Source: Spirogloea muscicola
Lineage: Eukaryota
NCBI GenBank assembly: GCA_009602725.1
Contig: WELB01000004.1
Span: forward strand, 825,277-852,499
Direction of reading: 5' to 3'
Length of the DNA stretch: 27,223 bases
A program made the translations under genes and the position numbers. A model generated the notes under the pieces. The model did not search any database. It had not been told where the DNA came from and saw only the letters and a program-made list of their open reading frames with translations. This document shows, one piece after another, positions 22,778-27,223 of this stretch (positions are counted from its first letter, which is position 1; each line of letters opens with the position of its first letter).

Positions 22778-23447
22778 NNNNNNNNNNNNNNNNNNNNNNN
22801 NNNNNNNNNNNNNNNNNNNNNNNNNNNNNNNNNNNNNNNNNNNNNNNNNNNNNNNNNNNNNNNNNNNNNNNNNNNNNNNNNNNNNNNNNNNNNNNNNNNN
22901 NNNNNNNNNNNNNNNNNNNNNNNNNNNNNNNNNNNNNNNNNNNNNNNNNNNNNNNNNNNNNNNNNNNNNNNNNNNNNNNNNNNNNNNNNNNNNNNNNNNN
23001 NNNNNNNNNNNNNNNNNNNNNNNNNNNNNNNNNNNNNNNNNNNNNNNNNNNNNNNNNNNNNNNNNNNNNNNNNNNNNNNNNNNNNNNNNNNNNNNNNNNN
23101 NNNNNNNNNNNNNNNNNNNNNNNNNNNNNNNNNNNNNNNNNNNNNNNNNNNNNNNNNNNNNNNNNNNNNNNNNNNNNNNNNNNNNNNNNNNNNNNNNNNN
23201 NNNNNNNNNNNNNNNNNNNNNNNNNNNNNNNNNNNNNNNNNNNNNNNNNNNNNNNNNNNNNNNNNNNNNNNNNNNNNNNNNNNNNNNNNNNNNNNNNNNN
23301 NNNNNNNNNNNNNNNNNNNNNNNNNNNNNNNNNNNNNNNNNNNNNNNNNNNNNNNNNNNNNNNNNNNNNNNNNNNNNNNNNNNNNNNNNNNNNNNNNNNN
23401 NNNNNNNNNNNNNNNNNNNNNNNNNNNNNNNNNNNNNNNNNNNNNNN

Positions 23448-24310
23448 CTGATTTGCGGCTGCTTAGCAGGGGTTACTGAGTAATTTGTAGCTGCTTTCTT
23501 TCTTTGTGTGCTTTGGTTTCTTAGCGCTTCCTCTGGCTTCCTCTGGCCCCCTTATCGTTCTTTGTTCATTCTTTTTTGGGCTGGCTTGTCCAGCCCCTAT
23601 CCTCAATGGGCGAGCCCTTTCAATTCCTTTGTAGCTGCTCACCGCTCTTAGGTCCCTCGCCTGGCTTCCCCCCCCCCTCTTCTTGTACTCTGTTCATTCT
23701 TTTTTGGGCTGGCTGTTCCAGCCCATATTCTCAATGGGCGAGCCCTTCTCCCAGCTCCGCCCCCGCCATGTCCCCACGCTGTCGACACCGCGCACGTGCG
23801 CTGCCCCCCCCCACCTTCCTGGCCTGCCTCCTCGCCCCCTCCCCCCGCCGTGAGCTCAAGGGCCAAATTCTTTTTGGGCTGGCTTTTCGCAGCCCTTGCC
23901 CCCATTGGGAGTGCCACACTTCCTCTCAAGGGCCGTGACACTCCAGAACGTGGGCTCTTTTGTCCCCAGACGACGTCAGCTCGTCCCCGACCACTGTGAG
24001 CTCATCCCACGGCCATTCCGGACCCTTGCACATCGCGCTCTTCTGGAAGAGAAAGTGGCACTCCCAATGGGGGCAAGGGCTGCGAAAAAGCCAGCCCAGA
24101 AAGAATTGGCCAAGGTTCGGAGGCTGTTAGAAAGCCCGCCCCAAAGAAGCCAACCCCAAAAAGCAATGAGAAGGTCCGAAGGGGCCGGGAAAGAAGAAGT
24201 GGCACTCCCAAGGGAAAGCGCTGAACCACCCTGCTATGCAAGTACCGCGAAGGACGGATGCTCAGTGACCCCGAGCTAGCTGCCGCACGTCAGCAGACCG
24301 GCAGCCGGAA
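23448..24310. mobile_element. Array of family A/B 3' ends in both orientations upstream of the ZIP gene
   Basis: Plus: DLRLLSRGY* and motif 23578-23617, motifs 23706-23745 and 23876-23915. Minus: motif 24055-24097 and C-terminus SADVRQLARGH* (24262-24298). Confidence 0.8.
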
Positions 24311-24319
24311 AGCAGTCCC

Positions 24320-25200
24320 CCCGCTTCCAGGAGCCAAGTTTCTCTGACCTAGGGCTGCTTAGCAGGGGATACTGAGTGCTTCGTAGCTGCTGAGTTTCTT
24401 GTAGGGCTTGTTTTCTTTAGTGCTTCCCCTGGCCCCTTGTCGTACTTTGTCCTTTTTTGGGCTGGCTTTTTTCAGCCTCTATCCTCAATGGGCGAGCACT
24501 TCCCTCCCGTGTCCAGCATCGACACACATCGCTGGCCACGCAGTGGGCATGGCAGAGCAGAGAAAGCTACAGCACTACTCCGACTACCCCCGGTGCGATC
24601 AGCTCCTGCCAGCTGCAAATAACAACTTTGGCTGTCTGGGTCCGCGTTCCCACACCCTCCTCCACAACATTGCCAATCTAGGCTACACACGACGTGCAGA
24701 TGTGTTCCCGGCTGAGATGTGCTTGCCAGCTGCATATCTGTCTTTCTTGCGACGACGAGTTTCGGCCTGTTTGCAGCGTGCCCAGGCTAATGCCTTGCAC
24801 CAGAAAGCTGGGCGAGCTCTTGTTGGTGGCAGAAGGGCTTCTTATCTGACATCTAGTATTCAGGCATCGATTAGCGACCTTTATGTTTTGACCCGCGGTT
24901 ACTGAGCGGGTCATTCTGCTGTAGATTATGTAGGTCTTAGATGTGCTTGCCTTTGTACTTGGCCATTTGGCCTTCGTTTGTTTCAAATACACGAAATATT
25001 CCCGGAGAGGGCCGCCGCATCATCGCGGACGTCGTGACAACCGACTCCTCCAACCCCACCATATCCGTGGCACCAGCAGGGCACGCGCTAAGCAAGGCTG
25101 CTGACGGAAGTGAGCTCAAGTATGCGGACCACTTTGCCGGCATGAATCTGTGGCGCTGGCGATGGATGCGCACGGGGCGTTTTGCAGTCAGTGGCTGGAC
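24320..25200 (+). mobile_element. Tandem family A end, family D RLE end and another RLE fragment
   Basis: FQEPSFSDLGLLSRGY* with motif 24458-24497. Then GHAVGMAEQRKLQHY..FGCLG..VSACLQRAQANALHQKAGRAL..SDLYVLTRGY* (stop 24903-24905) with D motif 24939-24994. Then GRRIIADVVTTD..GHALSKAADGSELKYADH (RLE D..KxxKY region). Confidence 0.85.
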
Positions 25201-25739
25201 CTCCTGCAGCGACTTGCACGGTGGGCCACCAATTGCCGTCAGGGATAGCAAGGTGAGCTGCCCGGCATTTTGATGTCGCCGTGTCGCTTGCCCAGCTCTT
25301 CCGCATGCGTTTCCAAGCTCATGCAGTGCACGGGCGGGCAGGCCGTGCTTTGGCTGCTACTTCTGGATATCGTCAGGGTGACTCTTTTCGAGCTGCAAGT
25401 TACTCCTTAACCCAGCTTCCCAATGCTGTTACGGGGGTCCTGTGACTTTGGTGCCCATCCGGGGTCATCACTTGCTTCGTTGACCGATTTGTACTGTCCA
25501 GCCGCTCTCCGTCTTGGCCACTCTTCTGCGCTGGCCGCCCACCTCCGTTGTCTTTGTTTGGGCTGGCCTTTACCGCGCATTGTCCCATCTTCAGAAGACA
25601 TTTCTCCTTTCTGCATGCCCTGGGCTGGCTTAGACAGCCGCCACAGCTGTGAGAGCAGCAGCCCTTCCCCCCCAGCACCCGATCACACTTGCTGCTGCGC
25701 TCCTTCCCGAGGCAGAGGCTATGCTGAGCGGGCCAGAGC

Positions 25740-25860
25740 ACAGGCCCAGGGCCTAGTCGCGCTCCGCCCCCTGGTGCTGACTCGTGGTTACTGAGCGGGT
25801 CAGCTTTGCAGCAGGTTATGTACATCTGTGAATGTGCTTGCCTTTGTACTTGGCCACACA
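25740..25860 (+). mobile_element. Family D-like 3' end
   Basis: LVLTRGY* (stop 25792-25794) followed by ATGTGCTTGCCTTTGTACTTGGCCA. Confidence 0.7.
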
Positions 25861-26679
25861 GGCCCTCCATCACTTTATACACCCTCCATCACTTAATGCA
25901 CACATTCCCCCTGGTGAAGGAGCCTGCCGAGCAGCCCAGAGCGAGTGGGTCACCGTGGAGGGCACATCAGGAGCATTAGCACCTCAGCAGCGCCCCCTCC
26001 ACACCGCATCGCGACCCGAGCCTAGCCGACGACCAACTCGCCCTTACCGCAGCAACATCGGCTACCGTGTCATGCTCTGCACCCGCAGTCTCAGGCGGGT
26101 GCGCACGCGCACAAGACCTGGTCTGCATCAACCTTTAGCACGTGCTCAGCATCGTCCGTGCAAGGACATTTGTGCTCGATTGCCGTCCTGTATGGCAGTC
26201 AAGAGATTGCAGTACCTGCGACAGATAAGCACGTTGCCATAGTGGGTTTGCATCAGCTCATCCCACTTCATGTCGAGTGCCCCCTCCTTGCCCGCCTAAA
26301 TTCAACTGACGACCTGACGAGTACTTCCTACTGGAGAGTAAGCACAAGAAATCCCAGCAACATTGGGCTCAGGGCAGTCCTGCTGCACCATGATGTCGCA
26401 CGGCACCAGGTCAGGGCGCTGGGCTTGCCCAGCTCGTACATATATGTTGATGGATCACGAGGCCCGCTGCTCGTAGAGCTGAAATTGTGATATACTGGCC
26501 CTTACTGGGAGCCGTCATGACTGCGGTGCTGGAGTTCTCTGCCGGAGCTGTTCTGCTCCAGCACTTGTTGTGCCTTCTCTTTGGGCTGGCCATTGACGGC
26601 CATCGTCCTCTTTGTGAAGGAGGTTACTATTTGCGCGCCGATGCATGGGAAGAGCGTCCGCTCTTCCAAAGAAAGTGCG

Positions 26680-26900
26680 CCGCCCATAGAGAAGAGGGGC
26701 TGGCACAAGAAGTGCCCGCCCATAGAGAAGAGGCCAGCCCGAAAAGAATGGGCAAGATCCACAGAGCCAAAGTAGATGCCGAGAAAGGAAAATGACACAG
26801 CTAGATACAAGACGACGCAACGGAAACTCAGTAACACCTGCTAAGCAACGGAGAAGAGCAGCTAAGCAACCGCAGGTTGGAGAAACTGGGCCCAAGTGCC
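26680..26900 (-). mobile_element. Family C 3' end
   Basis: PSFSNLRLLS..LLSRCY* (stop 26828-26830). The 3' UTR GCGTCGTCTTGTATCTAGCTGTGT matches 18679-18702, and a shortened, duplicated terminal motif lies at 26680-26740. Confidence 0.75.
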
Positions 26901-26929
26901 ACCCTCCTCAGGCCTTCTGGACCTTTGTG

Positions 26930-27223
26930 TAGGGTTGCTTTCTTCAGCCATTGCCTCCTGTTGCCACTTCTTTCTTCTCCTGTGATCCAGCATCTGGCCC
27001 GGCTGGTTGATGCGCGTCGTCGAAGTCGGGGGGGCAGCTTGGGCCACTCCAGCATTCCGCAGGCCTTAGTTGCATATTATAGAATGCGGCTCTCGCTTAG
27101 TTTGCAGCGCTCGCAAGCATTGGCTCTTCATCAACGTGCAGGGCGCGCTCTAAGTCAGGCCTCCGGCTTTCGTGGCGGCGCTCCAGCTCCCCAAGTTAGC
27201 TTGTCAGATTTGTTTGTGCTCAC
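26930..27223 (+). mobile_element. RLE C-terminal fragment running off the window end
   Basis: IQHLARLVDARR..ALVAYYRMRLSLSLQRSQALALHQRAGRALSQASGFRGGAPAPQVSLSDLFVL, homologous to the other copies. Confidence 0.85.

Overview
GC-rich, intron-containing eukaryotic genomic DNA. The proteins are plant-like, so a green plant or streptophyte alga is my inference. There are three assembly gaps (9126-9602, 17160-18097, 22778-23447) and a single N at 515. Four spliced host genes can be reconstructed: a PDAT acyltransferase (+), prefoldin subunit 1 (+, with a 7-nt microexon), a small secreted EGF/laminin-EGF-repeat protein (-) and a ZIP metal transporter (-). The intergenic DNA is packed with short 5'-truncated 3' ends of several divergent families of an RLE-type (CRE-like) non-LTR retrotransposon, plus one long decayed RT copy and a Tc1/mariner-type MITE. 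The most unusual signals are all in the retroelements. They have no poly(A) tails. They share a structured 3'-terminal motif (~20 copies). A hairpin around the stop codon is conserved in shape but not in sequence across families. Copies occur in head-to-tail and divergent multi-family arrays, and these arrays pile up upstream of host-gene 5' ends while avoiding introns.
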